Position numbers and translations under genes: made by a program. A DNA stretch of 64,000 nucleotides, taken from Phoronis australis. Taxonomy: Eukaryota; Animalia; Phoronida. The number at the start of each line of letters is the position of its first letter. The first letter of the stretch is position 1. Positions 22,938-36,971 of this stretch are shown here, piece after piece. The stretch lies in NCBI GenBank assembly GCA_002633005.1, contig NMRA01000805.1, positions 1 through 64,000 of the forward strand, written 5' to 3'. The notes beneath the pieces are model-generated. The model worked only from the letters and a program-made list of their open reading frames with translations, did no database searches and was not told where the DNA came from.

Positions 22938-23591
22938 GGTGGCACTGAATAGTTAGGCTGCGGCCGCGGCCAATTTGCACTGCCAAAATATTGAAATTTT
23001 GGGGTAGGCCAAATGAGTTTGGGAGCATTTTGTAGGTGGGCATTGCACGTAGGCTCAGTGAATGTGGTTTGCTTGTATTTGTGAACATGCTGTGAATAAA
23101 AAAGGCCACTTTCTTGGCTGTAGCTGCACTCTTCTTCAAGATGGCGGCCCCCGGCTGCAATTGTGCATTGTTGGGTAGCGACCGAGAAATTGGCTGTGAT
23201 TTTAGGTAGCCCTCAAACAAGCAAGACTTGCCAAAAAACTAGTTGGTTGACAGTACTTTTGGACCACATATTCGGAATCGGTAGGAAATTTGCTTTCAGA
23301 CTAATGTTGGCTTTAGTCGTGCATCGACAGGGAAGTGGTGTTTTTGGGGTGAAAAGTGCCGATTTTGCATTTTTTTGCCCTTATTTTTCTTAGTCTAGCT
23401 TGGTTTTCAGTGGGAATGAAATGGTCAAAAATACAAGAAAGAATGAAGTTTCTGTGCTCATCTTCTGGGCTTTTTATGTGAAATAATTGAAAACATGCCA
23501 TTCTTTGCATCCTGTTTTTGACAGAGTGAAGAAAAGGTGACAAATCAAGTGACGTGTGTTTTGCTGGGCAAAACCCAGTGAGAACTGTTCT
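22938..23591 (+). repeat. Interspersed repeat family (inverted copy at 61440-62083; older partial copies at about 21920-22320, 8300-8480 and 10770-10870)
   Basis: Colinear reverse-complement similarity, e.g. GGTGGCACTGAA...GCGGCCAATTTGCACTGCCAAAATATT and GTCGTGCATCGAC.GGGAAGTGGTG...GGGGTGAAAAGTGCCGA. Confidence 0.8.
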
Positions 23592-24581
23592 GTGCCTCCT
23601 AACGACTCGACAGAGTGGAAGAAAGGCAGGGAGTTCAGTGACGTATGCACCGCCAAACCCAATGAGAACTGAACAGTGCCTCCATGTGCCTAATATGCAC
23701 CTAACTTTAAAGGCCTGCATGTCCTTACATTATCACCACCGTCCACTACTCACAGTGAGTGCTTGATCTCATGGATAATCCGAATACAAGCAATTAAAGG
23801 TTACTCGATTATGACTGCATGATAATGGCTTGATTACGAAACTATTACGTCATTAATTGAAAACGGTAACGACCTTACTCAAAACACGTTGGCTGCACAA
23901 GATGTGAACACAAGAGTTGCTCATCAACAGTATTTACACAACCAAACTTCAGTATTTTTATCGTAAATATTTTTATTCTGCCAAACATAGCATAATTTTA
24001 GTACATTTTAAACTTTTCGTTTTTAGCGTGCTAAACGTAGCGAAATGCAGCTTATTAATTCTAGATGGAAGTAACTATATCGTGTGTGAAAATTATGTCT
24101 AAAAATTTTAAAAAATAAATCAGTGATTATGTAAAACTCCGATCCAATTTAAAAGCAACTAATACAACGAGATTACGACGTTTCATATCGCCAATTAAAC
24201 ATTTAGCAATGTTTCTCAAGGTTTTAAATCTTAGGCCTGTTCAAAATTCCTGAATAATAGTTCGCCCGCCTTAAAGAATCTAGGAAAAAGATGAACACGA
24301 AAATTATATTCGACGAAAAGTGTTTTTCTGAGTCCACCATTCCATCAAGTTTACAGTGGGGACACATTCTCCCCTCTGTATCGAGACCACTCTGAAACCT
24401 TCCCTTAAAGCGGCTATAAAGTTAACCCCATCAACACTCACTAGCAAACTTGAAAAACTTCAGTACAGGACCCTGAAATGTTTTCCAGGATTTTGCTGCT
24501 GGGTGGAGGATTTGCTACTGAGGTCGGGCATTCCCTCACTTGGCATACCTTAGGCGTAAGCTCTCTTTTGTGGTGGGCCGT

Positions 24582-24848
24582 GCACCACTTGTCTCCTAGT
24601 TTTATGTGGGATCTATTTTGAGGTGAAAAAAGCCTCGTACAATTTAAGATCAGCTGGTCACTTCATGTCACCACCAGTGGTTCGAGCATGAGTATGGGAT
24701 TAACTCTCTCTGATCTTATGGCGCGCGGATGTGGAATTCTCTACCCAGACATGCTAGGGCGAGTCAAACACTTAACGATTTTAAGAAAAACGTATGGCTT
24801 TTTTCATTGTAGCATGTATAGTGCCTTGTTTGTTTGTTTGTTTGTTTC
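24582..24848 (+). mobile_element. Degenerate 3' end of a CR1/L2-group LINE
   Basis: Frameshifted translation LSPSFMWDLF/EVKKASYNLRS...YGINSL*SYGARMWNSLPRHARASQTLNDFKK (YNLR and WNSLP motifs), then a (GTTT)n tail. Confidence 0.6.
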
Positions 24849-25680
24849 AGATATGTGCCAATTATTTTTAAATTTCAATTGTCAGTGATAAAAGCCACCG
24901 GCTAATGTTTTTTGTTTACCCCGAAAACTGACAATAGAGAAATTAACTATCCCTCCATCACAACTGAAAAAGAAATTTGATTTATACCACTTACCGTCAT
25001 GAAATTGGTTATGAATTGATCAAATTGGAGGTGATTTCAAGGCTTTGAAAGAAGTGGCGGTTCGTGATTTTTTTAAAGCAGCTGGAACGCGAAAACTCGT
25101 AAAAATACATTTTGAACAGATCGTGGAGAATTTACTTCTAGGGGATGCTAACGCGAGTGTTGCTCACGTTGAATATTGCAAGAATTTCTAGAAAAAGTCG
25201 CCAGGTTCACTATTTTTGAAATACATACGAAATATAAAGTCTTTCATCCCAATGCAACTTCAAATCCACCCCGCCTCCTAATAATACGCATGCTCTCAAA
25301 GAATTTCCCAAAGTGCATGATCGCCACGGTTTAGATTACATCAACGGTCGAAGGTAACATTTTCCATGTATGGGAAACTTGCTACGTCTACCATGTCTTG
25401 TCATACCTAATAAGGAGACGTGCTTTGCTTTGTGGGGAAAAGTGACGAGCAGTTGATAGGTCTTTTTTTAATTTTGAAACTAAAGGAAAAATGCTTTGAC
25501 ATCAACAGAAATTCAAAATCTTTACGAACAGGTTGTAAAAATACATGGTGAGCAGACTGAATTTTGTTTCAGTGGCGGGGAACTACTTTAAATATAGTCT
25601 GTTTTTCGCGTCCCAAGCCTCTTTTGAGTCTTGGCACTCTGTGCCCAAGAGTATCAGTGTGGATGTTAGTGGTTAATTGG

Positions 25681-25762
25681 ACGGACGCCGCACGGACGCA
25701 GGACGGACGGACAGGGATGACGGCATAATACGTCCACATATAAATATGTGGGCGCATAAAAA
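25681..25762 (-). mobile_element. 5' end fragment of the HINE/DINE-like family
   Basis: Reverse complement TTTTTATGCGCCCACATATTTATATG...GCCGTCATCCCTGTCCGTCCGTCC matches 8482-8570. Confidence 0.6.
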
Positions 25763-26032
25763 GGATGATTACTGACAGATATCAAAATTACAAAGGCAAT
25801 TTCTAAGATATAACAATATAATACAAGAGATACTAAACGATCTAGTTACAAATACACAGACAAACACAAATAAACATAAAAACACAGAAAGGCTATCAAT
25901 GAGGATGTCAGTACATAATAAGTCACTTGATTTTTTGTACAACAATAGCCTTTACCACGTTGAACCTGACCAGCTAGTGTTTTCTGCGCATGCGCCTATA
26001 GGTATAAACTTCATACCCAAATTACCATAATC

Positions 26033-26630
26033 TTAATTCATTTGTACCGTTTCCTCAAATAATTCATAATTTCTCAGGTATCTCCTTTTTCGGTAAACTT
26101 TCATCATTGTTTTAAATATATTCGCATGAAATTTAAATTTATCATAATATTTTTGTAGTTTGATAATTAATCTTTGCATAGCAATAGCGGTTTTTGCAAA
26201 TACTAGGACTAAATCATCTACAAATATCAGAAAATATATATTCAACATACCTATATTTTCACAGGAGCCTGGTACATTTTGTATATCACTTTCCAACTTC
26301 TTCACAAGTTTCATACTTACTTTCGAGAGAAATTATTTGTTAATTTGCTCCGGAATTGAATAATTTATCAAAGACTTTGATGTTTTAATTATGAAAACCA
26401 GGAAAATTGTATTTTGCACGAATTAATCTTTTTAACTGGGTTGGTGTAATCTGGCATAATTTCTGAATTTTGGAATTAAGTGTCAGTGAAGATTCGATTT
26501 TTTGTTGTTTTCTGTACTGTAGCTCAATGCATTTTTGTTTTTTTTTGTATCCTGGCATCACATCTTCAGATGTTGACTGTACATGTACTATTAGAAAATG
26601 TCTACAATTACGCGTTTTGTCCACATTCAC
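26033..26630 (-). mobile_element. Decayed LINE reverse-transcriptase fragment
   Basis: LIFVDDLVLVFAKTAIAMQRLIIKLQKYYDKFKFHANIFKTMMKVYRK resembles the non-LTR RT YADD...LQ...N..KTK region. The upstream boundary is approximate. Confidence 0.6.
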
Positions 26631-29258
26631 GAAGGCCGAGTGCGAATCCAGTGTTCATCCACATCCCCAACCAGAACACGCATTGCCAGGCTATCTGGCT
26701 TGTAGACCTTAGCAACGGAGGTTCTATAAATGTTATGCTATCTGGTCGAGTACATGGTAAACAAGTGAGCCCTGTAAATTACTGGCGAATTTTCAAAGGC
26801 TACGAACCAACAGCTGTAGGCGCACAATAGCCGGTTTCAGAAAGCCACGTAAATATGACAGATGTGTTTTTAACTTCGGGTGATTGACGGTAATTGGAAT
26901 CTGATGGCTTAGCTATATTTCGCCTTGACTAAAAGTGAAAGTCTAGTTAGGCCTTTTATGCGCCTAAAATTACCGTAATGGCGTTCTGTTTCCGTTACCA
27001 GCACTTCGAAACCATAAGCAAATAAAAAAAAAACGTTTCAGGGTTTTACTAAGGTTGGCCAGATCTAAAATTATGATGTCGAAAATGGTTCATGGTACGT
27101 ATTGCCTGTTGCTGCTTCATTCGGCAACAGATCAAGATTGAATGAGCTTGGTGTTAACTTTATACCCAAAAGGCTTCCTTTAAGAATTTAACAAACACAG
27201 CTAAAAAGTAGGCCCACATGACACAAAATACTAGCCACTGATAGAGTTTACTAGTTTTCATTTCATGCACTGGCCGGTTTGTGCGCGTGCCTTAACGGAA
27301 ATGCCCATTTTTGTTACAGAGCATCCTGGACACCTCGAATGTTTTCGTAGCCTCAAATTGTCCCTCGGAGGCGTTTCATACCTACGCATGTGCGACCTTC
27401 AATCAGAGCAGAAAGTCATGTGACTGTCAAAATCGGGAATGCCGACGAATGAGCCGAGATACGCCAGTGATTATGGCGTAATAACAGGAGGACGACCATG
27501 GACTAACTGACAGAATGATGTCGTGTGCTATGTAGATGGACATATGAAACCGGCTCTTGGCCAAATTTTAAATTTTTCATTTCTTAAAATTTTCGTTACT
27601 AAATACAGTGTTGCTGGTTTCGTATGTGTAATTCTTACGTGTTACTTGTTATTCTGTAGAAACAGGTAAAACACATTAAAATCCAGTAAAACATCTTTTA
27701 ATATATATTTTAAGCGAATTTTAAAGTGTTTTACCTGTTTCTACATTTTACCCGGTCTCGACATATGTTATTTTTAACTTGTTATTCTGTATTATATTAG
27801 TGTTAGTGATTAATATTTTATGGTAAATAAACGAATCCCTTTTCTCTGATGATTGAAGTTCACACAAATTTTGGAATGAAATCTTCCCAGGCCAGTTATG
27901 AGCAGCGTGAATAATTTCGTATAATATTAGTCATTATCACTTCTCCACCATAAAAACTATAATTGCCGAGTTTAAACTTGTAACATCCTTTGAAGCAATT
28001 CACATGGCGTCAATGTTGTGTCAATCGCTGCCAGGAATGAATTGGCGACTGATACAGTTACGTTGAATGATATGAATGTACTTACGGGACCAAATGTACT
28101 CAAGTTGATTGAAAAATCCGCGCGCCTATCAAACATTAAATATTATAAATAGCTAAACACCAAAAATAATAAGCCCCTTAATAAAAAATTTGGGGCCAAA
28201 CCCAAGAACTGAATCGTCCAAAATAACGAATGTCACAATTTGTCATCTTGAAGACTAATAAAAATATCCAATTAGCTTATAAAGTTAAATTTAATTTTGT
28301 CCGTCTTCTCTTGTAAATGTGCCATTTAAAAAACCTTGATGTCCCAATCTGGTATGCAATGCTTTGTTTTTTGGAAAATGTAGCAGTGACAACAGGTGGA
28401 ACCGTTTAATTGAGTCGCCGGCCAGGGGCTGAGACGCAGATATGAAACATATCCGAGGGATTATTAGAGGCTAAGAGCGTGTTTTGGATGGCCTGGTACA
28501 TAGATTCTCGACTTCGAAAAATCGAATGCAATATTTGTTGTCCATAGATTGCCTCGAGGCTATTTTGTAGTTTGGACTACGGGAGGAAACGTACTCGAGT
28601 TCTCTTAAAATTGCGTCATCATCAGGTAATTAACATAATCCAGCCCAGCGTGTGTCGATTAAAAATGCCCACTTCAACAAAAAAGCTTACAATTAACTCA
28701 TAATTTCTACCATTTGAATTTTTAACCCAGATTGTGTCTTCCCTTGGCTTCATTGTTGTTGACTTTGGAATTTTTAGCTCATTGTATTTATTTCGGATTA
28801 CACAGAGTTACATGCTTAGGCCTACGCCTGTAGGTGTGACGGGAGCACCGTCTGTTTGTGGAGTCGTGAGTCAAGTTTGTTCGTTTCCAAATTACCGGTA
28901 GCTAGGGGTGTCTATTATTGGTGAATCCCCCTATTTGATACTTCCGATGACGAAACTTTCACTTTGCATTTTGATTGGTTTTTACATTTAACTAGAGACC
29001 CGTATTTATACGTAATTTGGTACATTCGCAGCGCGAATTCGCCCATAAAAATGCTCAGACTTTGGATTCTACCGGGTCTCATTTCTATCTGGCGAGAGTC
29101 TCACATTTTTAACTCTGTCGGGCCCCGTTTCTTTCCGGTTAGAGTCTCAGCCTTTTAAATTTAACTTTAATTAGGATCAACGTTAGCTTAAATTTTTTTC
29201 ATTTACTTGCCTTTGGGGACTGACGTAGATGATTTCGGAGTCGATGTTGACAATGACG

Positions 29259-30595
29259 ACGGAAGCTAATGATGTGTTGTAAGTTTGTACATTTGTGATT
29301 TATATTTAGCGCATAATAAATTCATTATATATATCTACTTCTCTCTGGTTTCGCTGTCTATAAGTTGTCACCATGCTAGTATGCGATACGAACGAGTAAA
29401 AAAGTACACAACGCTGCAATTATTTTTATCAGCTACGAACAGTCGAACGTTAGATACCAAGTAAAGGTGCTAGTCGCTCCACCGATTCTCCTTGTATACG
29501 TCATGGGATTCAGCGATTGAGCATTTTAAAATATGCTGGTCAAATATTGCAGCTTAAAAAAATCCTAATGCAAAGCACGCCGTTTACTACGTAAGCCAAC
29601 ACCGTGAAAACAACAGCACACACGATGGCCGGCGCGGACGGATCGAGAGCCTCAAAGCCCGGCGTCAGGCTCACCATCCTGGTCCCGCGGCGAAATTATT
29701 GTAACGTCACGCCCACACGCCGCCCTACAACTGTTTAGCCAGTGTCTGAACAATAAAAGGTCAACAATGAGTCATGGTCCCACCAGCGGGATTTTATGAA
29801 TCCGAGCCATGTTGCAGGACCCCTGATAGCGACGAGATGTAGGTTGTCAAATGTACGCCCTCTTGTGGCCGAACACGACCTAACAGTTTGTCAGAGTCTC
29901 TAACTCGTAAAAACATCAGAAAACTTCANACGGAAGCTAATGATGTGTTGTAAGTTTGTACATTTGTAATTTATACTTAGCGCATAATAAATTCATTACA
30001 TATATCTACTTCTCTCTGGTTTCATTGTGTATAAGTTGTCACCATGCTAGTATGCGATACGAACGAGTAAAAAAAGTACACAACGCTGCAATTATTTTTA
30101 TCAGCTACGAACAGTCGAACGTTAGATACCAAGTAAAGGTGCTAGTCGCTCCACCGATTCCCCTTGTATATGTCATGGGATTCAGCGATTGAGCATTTTA
30201 AAATATACTGGTTAAATTCTGCAGCTTAAAAAAATCCAAATGCAAAGCACGCCGTTTACTACGTAAGCCAACACCGTGAAAACGACACCACACACGATGG
30301 CCGGCGCGGACGGAGAGCCTCAAAGCCCGGCGTCAGGCTCACCATCCTGGTCCCGCGGCGAAATTATTGTAACGTCACGCCCACAAGCCGCCCTACAACT
30401 GTTTAGCCAGTGTCTGAACAATAAAAGGTCAACAATGAGTCATGGTCCCACCAGCGGGATTTTATGAATCCGAGCCATGCTGCAGGACCCTTGATAGTGA
30501 CGAGATGTAGGTTGTCAAATGTACGCCCTCTTGTGGCCGAACACGACTTAACAGTTTGTTAGAGTCTCTAACTCGTAAAAACATCAGAAAACTTC
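29259..30595. repeat. Near-identical direct duplicate (29259-29928 / 29930-30595) joined by a single N; probable uncollapsed alleles
   Basis: Colinear copies with scattered SNPs and indels, N at 29929 exactly at the junction. Confidence 0.8.
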
Positions 30596-30807
30596 CAAGT
30601 TCGGTCGCAGTTACAAAGAAGCTTTCAAAATAGTTTGCCATTGTAGATGGGAGTACGACTTTAAAGGATTTGACCTGTGTTCGCTCGAATAATTCGAAAT
30701 GTATATTTTGCCGACAAAAATCTCATGAATAGATACGTGGTTTCCGGTATAGCCAGTGGGAAGACCAAGTTCGAGGAAGTTGTCAATTTTGTGGCGTCTT
30801 CCCAAAG

Positions 30808-30876
30808 ATGATCAGGGCTATTCTGGTTTTCAACAATCATGGAAAGCCCAGGGTTTCAAAATTCTATGAATATTAT
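30808..30876 (+). CDS. AP3S1: AP-3 complex subunit sigma, exon 1
   Basis: MIRAILVFNNHGKPRVSKFYEYY, donor gtgagt; 69 nt. Confidence 0.95.
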
Positions 30877-31011
30877 GTGAGTATGTTTTACGTCGATCGG
30901 AAAACAAGTTGGTTGGCGACTCCGACGGAGACGAGTTCAGGGATATTATTCATTGTCACTGGTGACTGGGTCTAGGAATCGGATATTGTTTACTTTCAGA
31001 GATAAGATATT

Positions 31012-31160
31012 CCTGGCGTGTGTTCAGTAACGCTAGGGCCTACGCTAGGACCTAGGTAATATCTATCCAACGTCACGTGTTACCATTTAAATTACACGGT
31101 AACATCTCTCGTAGTCTTGCGAAGTTTTGCTTTTTAGTGAAGTCCTAGCATTACTGAACG
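31012..31160 (+). mobile_element. Copy of ~145-bp MITE family in AP3S intron 1
   Basis: GTTCAGTAACGCTAGG...ATTACACGG...AAGTTTTGCTTTTTAG...TACTGAAC shared with 63365-63510. Confidence 0.5.
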
Positions 31161-32575
31161 GGATTCTGGACTGTGCCCTTGCGCCATTTGTGCGTGAAAA
31201 AATAAAATGGCACAAGTACATTGCAACAGTGCGTACCGCAGGTGCATTTTTTAAAATGCAACACTCTTCCGAAGATGCAAGGTTCTAGTCAACTTTGAGG
31301 CAGTCATGTAAAACACGACTCTGTTCATCTTATTTCGATTGGCCTTAGGGTTTCAGTTTCATATCTTACCAATTTAATTACTCTCCCTTTGTCTGGTGAG
31401 CACAAGGTTTTGAAAAAGGCATACTTTCTATCATCAAACCTGGTCAGGAATATCCCTGTACTTTATGTATTTACAGTAATCCGTCTCCAAAAAGTGGCAA
31501 AATCTTGAATCACAGCATAGTCTGTTGATATGTTCTGAATCCTCTCTTTGTGTTGATTCCAAAATGGATAAAACACATTGATTGTTCTTTTCTTACTTCT
31601 GTGGAAAGAATTACTTTCAGTATGCTTTTAAGCATTTCCCATCAGCGTGGTCTCTATTGATAATAACTGGTCACAATCTGATGCCGTCACAAAATTATCT
31701 TTGACTATCCCTACTCTAACCCTAACCCTAGGAAGGGTAGCCTTATCCCTAAAGGGGAGGGGACACAAACCCTATGAAAGTGCAGATGCCCAATGGCTAA
31801 GATTGAAGACCAGACTTTCTTTTTCGTTGTGAACAGTGTAATATGTGTAATATTCAAGTCATTTTACAAAATACCGTAGTATAGTAAGAAACGACTTTTT
31901 CTGAAACTCTGAATAGACAAGGTCAAAGAATTTGATGTTTCTGGAATCAGCATAAAAAGAAGCCAGAAAACACTTTAGAATTAACAAGTGGCTACGATTT
32001 AATAGTCAATTTGTAAGCAATAACGGTGTTCCATTAATGTCAATTGTCTGCACTAGTCGAATAAAGCAATTTCTCATTTTGAGAATCAGGCAATCACTGA
32101 CCATTAATGTCATGAAGCAAAATCTCCTTGTCGCCTTTTGGCATGATGAAAACATGTCTCGTGCCTTTTGTAGTGTTATTAATTGGGTTAGTGTTCAAAA
32201 CCGCAAATGTTTTTCAAGCAGAATATTGCTTGGAAGACAATTTGGTTAGTATAATTGGAACAGCTCCACTATTAGTAATGACAAGTAGCATTTCATCATA
32301 AGAATATGTTTATTGATGACCCCCTCCCCCCTACTTTCTTGCTTCCTTTGAAACTTTCTAAAAAATATATGGCAGTTGAATCATTCATTGAAAGTTTCCC
32401 TCAGTTAGTAAATTTTAATTGAACTGTAAAGAATAACAATTAATTCCGAATTGTAGTTTATAAAACCAGACACAAAGTCCTACTGACAATCTAGGAGTGG
32501 GATATTTTGTGGATATCAACCAGAAATTCAATGTATGCTTGAAAATCATCTTTAAATTGTTGGCTCCTATTGCAG

Positions 32576-32667
32576 CCTGAAGATATGCAGCAACAGATAA
32601 TTCGAGAGACATTCCAGTTGGTGTCCAAACGCGATGACAATGTGTGCAATTTTCTGGAGGGTGGCAG
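32576..32667 (+). CDS. AP3S1: AP-3 complex subunit sigma, exon 2
   Basis: tgcag|PEDMQQQIIRETFQLVSKRDDNVCNFLEGG|gtacgt; 92 nt. Confidence 0.95.
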
Positions 32668-33460
32668 GTACGTATAGTATCAAAAACTTCCCTTAACAAG
32701 TAAAATATGTTATGCAAGAGTTTCACATGTTCCAAAGGAAATTCACTTCATACTCTATGCTATTTATATATTACGTTGCTCAACAAAATTTTACCCAGAA
32801 AGTTTCCTTATGATGAAAGAATAGTTTCCATGTCCAAACAGATAAAGTGTGTTCAATGGCCTTCAACTTGTCTGACCGGTATTGGGATGTGTAAATCAAT
32901 TGCATACTATTGCTCCCCCTTTTTATTATAAAAGGCAATTGCTATCATAGTAAAGTCATTTTTAGACCAGTTCAGTGTTCTCATTAAGATTAAAGTTGAG
33001 CTCGGTTTGAATGACGAAACGCTGTCAATCGCTGTGTTTGCATTTTAAGTTGCAAAGGGGAGACCACCGTTTTCTGTGTTCTGGGTGCGAAATTTAGTTA
33101 GGTAATAATTTCCAGCAAAATGTAGTGTACACTTGACTGAAGAATGTGATGGTTGTGACTCAACATCTTGCAGGTTGAGACCACTTAAAAACAAGTCTTG
33201 TCACAACTGGTGAGACAGTGGCTTAAAATTTGAGCGTGGGGTTCAGAATTTTGAGCATGGCCATCACATTCAAAAAGCCTGGAGAGAACAATGCAGTTTG
33301 TTGAAGATCAAGCTATTTGGTGATTTTCAAGCTTAGTCTACAAGTGTGAAGGAAATTGGGATTTTGACAAATGGGCAGTTGAATAGTGTGTTGTTGGTTT
33401 TGACTGTATTTCTATATTACTCAAGTGCCAATCATGTTTGTAATTTAATTGCCATTTCAG

Positions 33461-33572
33461 TTTAATAGGAGGCTCAGACTACAAGCTCATCTACAGACAC
33501 TATGCCACTCTTTATTTTGTGTTCTGTGTTGATTCTTCCGAGAGTGAATTGGGAATTCTTGACTTGATTCAG
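33461..33572 (+). CDS. AP3S1: AP-3 complex subunit sigma, exon 3
   Basis: ttcag|LIGGSDYKLIYRHYATLYFVFCVDSSESELGILDLIQ|gtaagt; 112 nt; hallmark adaptor sigma motif. Confidence 0.97.
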
Positions 33573-34590
33573 GTAAGTGACGTGGAGCCTCAGAAAACTG
33601 TTTCAGGTGGGTTTGTTTGTCTTGAAAAATCTCAGAAGTGTTTAGAATGAAGTCTTCTCTTCTTCTGATAGTCTCCAGCTTTCTTGAATTTACATTAACA
33701 CACTACAGTTTCTTTAAAATGCTGGTGAATCAATGATAAGCTTGTGTTTGCTAAGTAGGCAAAAGCTGATGTACATTTCAGAGACAAAAAATTGCAGGAA
33801 AATGCAAGATCACTCATTAAGTCTTCGTGAGATATCGCCATGTATTACAAACGAGGCATGTGATCAAATTTTGCTTCTTTCGCGAGTCTTGCATCTTTGG
33901 AACTCAGCCCTGAAATACGCTCTTCTACACTGTTCCTACACTGTGGTGCTGGACAGCAGCAATGGTGTGTTAACAGCCAGTTTTGTTTGTCCTAATGGCA
34001 AATCGAACCTCAGCAATGCACATGTCCACAATATCATCCATCATCTTGAATATGTAATTAGGTAAAGTAAACAAACCAATTCACTCATTTACCATGTAAG
34101 TGGATTGGGGGGAGAAAGCTGTTTGAACCTGTATATCAACTAGATTGTGAAAACGTTGCTATAAATCTGTCGTTCCCAAAATATTCACCATTATTACAAA
34201 GTCCTTTTTCCAGCTGAGAACCACATTTAAAATGGTTGGTGATTTTAGTATTAATGTGGGTATTTGCAAGGCCAATCACGTTTTTACCAAGTCCACCTAA
34301 GGTCAGTTGTGTCGATAAAGTATATTAAAATTATACTTTTTGGTCATAACGTCCCTTCGTCAGTGATGTAGCACATTAAGGGAGTGAGTTACGGAACAAA
34401 TATTGCCTTGTAACAGACTTTAGATGTGTTATGATCTTGTGTCTGTTATGTTTGCATCTTACGCTTGTGCTCACTGCTGACAAAGGGAGGTTATGCACAG
34501 AACTATGGGTATTTTGATTTGATATAGGAAGTACTGTGTCACTGTTAAACTGAATATTATTGGAGCTCTTGTTTACTCCCTCTGTTTTAG

Positions 34591-34662
34591 GTGTTTGTTG
34601 AAACCTTGGACAAGTGTTTTGAGAATGTCTGTGAACTGGACCTCATCTTTCATGTAGACAAG
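34591..34662 (+). CDS. AP3S1: AP-3 complex subunit sigma, exon 4
   Basis: tttag|VFVETLDKCFENVCELDLIFHVDK|gtaagc; 72 nt. Confidence 0.97.
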
Positions 34663-36612
34663 GTAAGCACCACTGTCGATGATTCAGTCCGAGTATGCCC
34701 ACGAATGGGGGAGTTGTGGGTGGGGGGAATTCTGTTGTTTTGGTGCGCACCTGGTTACAGCTAATTAGAGTCCATACTGTGAAACTGTGATGTTTGACAG
34801 TTTCTCCTGCCAGTGTTGAGGTGAAATGTAGAGGGCTGGGTGGATCAGCTTGATCAATCTGACTGCAGAGCTTTGTCTGAGTTGAGCAAAGATACAACTT
34901 ACCATGTCTTATTGTGTCTGTTGTTGTGTAGTGTGTAAGAAGATCAGACTTGTGGGTTTGATGTTTTGTAAAAAATAGAGATGAGTTACTATTAAGCAGT
35001 TCCAGTCAGAAGTTCATTGCTTGGTAGACGCAGTTGTCATTTTTAAATCTTTGCTGACACACCCAGTATGTGCCGAGTTTATGGTGATCAAACAAAAGTT
35101 GATATTCCCCACCACTCTGATGGTGAATCCCATTTGCACATGGCCGTCATGACGGGGGGCCCTCTACCTTTGCTTAGCTGTCGTCATTACTTTTGGCTTG
35201 TACTGTATAATAGTTATGAGTCTTGACCGCACAAGGTTCAAATAAGGTGTCTCATAGGTTATCAAAATTCTGAATTAGATGATTTGCTTTTATTCATGAA
35301 GCCTTTCTTGAGAATGAGTAGTTTGCACTTGATCCTCGAAACTTTGTGGTGATTTCGGCACAACACCAAACATGACTTAGAGCATGTTCGTCTGGCCAAA
35401 AGTTCCATTATATTTTGGCACTTTATTTTGGAACAGTTTTGTAGACCTTTTGGGAACTTTCCTTGCGCATTTTAGGCTCTGAAATATTACTTTTTTTACA
35501 CTCCTTTTTTGAAAAAGTCAGAAGGGTCAGTGTCTGAGTGTCTGATCAAATAGTAATAAATCCAATCAGAATTGAGGAAATCACATGCAACTTGAATAAG
35601 GTGCACCTATTTGGTAGATTATGGTAATCATCTATGTTCACTATTTGAGCAAAGGTCAAAAGGTCGAAATCGAAATTGAGGTTAATGGGTATGAATTGTC
35701 AACAGTTTAAATTACATCAAGCAATGCCTCTCCTGTTCCGATAAATAAGAAATAAATAGTGTTGTATAACATGTAATCTCCTTTATAATCTGATGTTTGG
35801 TGGAGATTTGCGGCTGTTTTTCAGCTAGTACTTTGAAACCACATGCCCATTCAGTCATTGTCCATGGAAGAAAAATGCTGGTGAGACCAGTAAGGCAACC
35901 AACGACTCTGCGGGTGGCCGGCTAAAAGTGAATCCTGAAATTGTTACACTTTCATGACTGCTTTGCTGCAGTCACCAGGTGGCGAGACCATCTTGCCCAA
36001 GAACTGCCAAACAACCTGTCATGGAAGTTGACAACATTTCATGCATCAGCTCAAAGTAGTTCATCATGGAGACAGTTTATAAGGGAAGCGAAAGAAATGA
36101 AGCCCAGTTTTCAGGAACACACAAATGGTTGCTTGCCAGTGTCTTTGATGCCTGACATGGCAAGATGATGTCATGCTTGTGTTCAACTTCAAGACATCTG
36201 AAAATAATGCATTTGGTGCCATGTAGAAATAACTCTGACCAGACATCAGTAGGATAATACACGCTAGTGTTGACTCTCAAAGTAAATGGCTTTGGCGTGT
36301 CTTTGTTGTGATATCAGTGTGTGGTACTGGCACCCTCTGTTGGCAGTGATGAAGGCTTCAATCTTCTCAAGGACCAACTGTGTGTTTGTTATCTCGGCAG
36401 TGCACGGATTGTTGAGGTTGTATATCACAGATGTGATTCACCGCTAGGGGGTGCTGTTGATCGTCAACGAACTGAATGTATGAAATCTCCATGGTGACCA
36501 GAGGTCATAACTCGTAGATGTAATTGACCACTAGAGGGCACTATTATTCATTTCTATGTTGCTAGTGCTGTGGTGTTGCTCTACAGGATATCTTGTTGCT
36601 GTTCATTGACAG

Positions 36613-36720
36613 GTTCACTGGATCCTCGCTGAGCTGGTCATGGGGGGTATGGTGTTAGAGACAAACATGACAGAGATCTGTACAAGGATAGATGAACAAA
36701 GCAAACTGGAGAAAACAGAG
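36613..36720 (+). CDS. AP3S1: AP-3 complex subunit sigma, exon 5
   Basis: gacag|VHWILAELVMGGMVLETNMTEICTRIDEQSKLEKTE|gtaggg; 108 nt. Confidence 0.95.
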
Positions 36721-36971
36721 GTAGGGGGCGTATGTGTGTGGTGTACTGGGAGTCACGTTAGGCTTGATTTGTCTGGGTACAAGGTATCATGGCTGAATTC
36801 AGACTTCAGTCAGAATGAATTTGTGTGGAGCTCTCTAGTACCGTGACAAAGGTGCTACCTAAATGTTGAATAATTTTGACATCAAGTGCGTCAGAGTTTG
36901 TCCAGTTTATTTCCAAAACTATAATAGTATATGCACAAAAAAGCTTCTTAAATTGGCTAAAGCTCTGGAAC

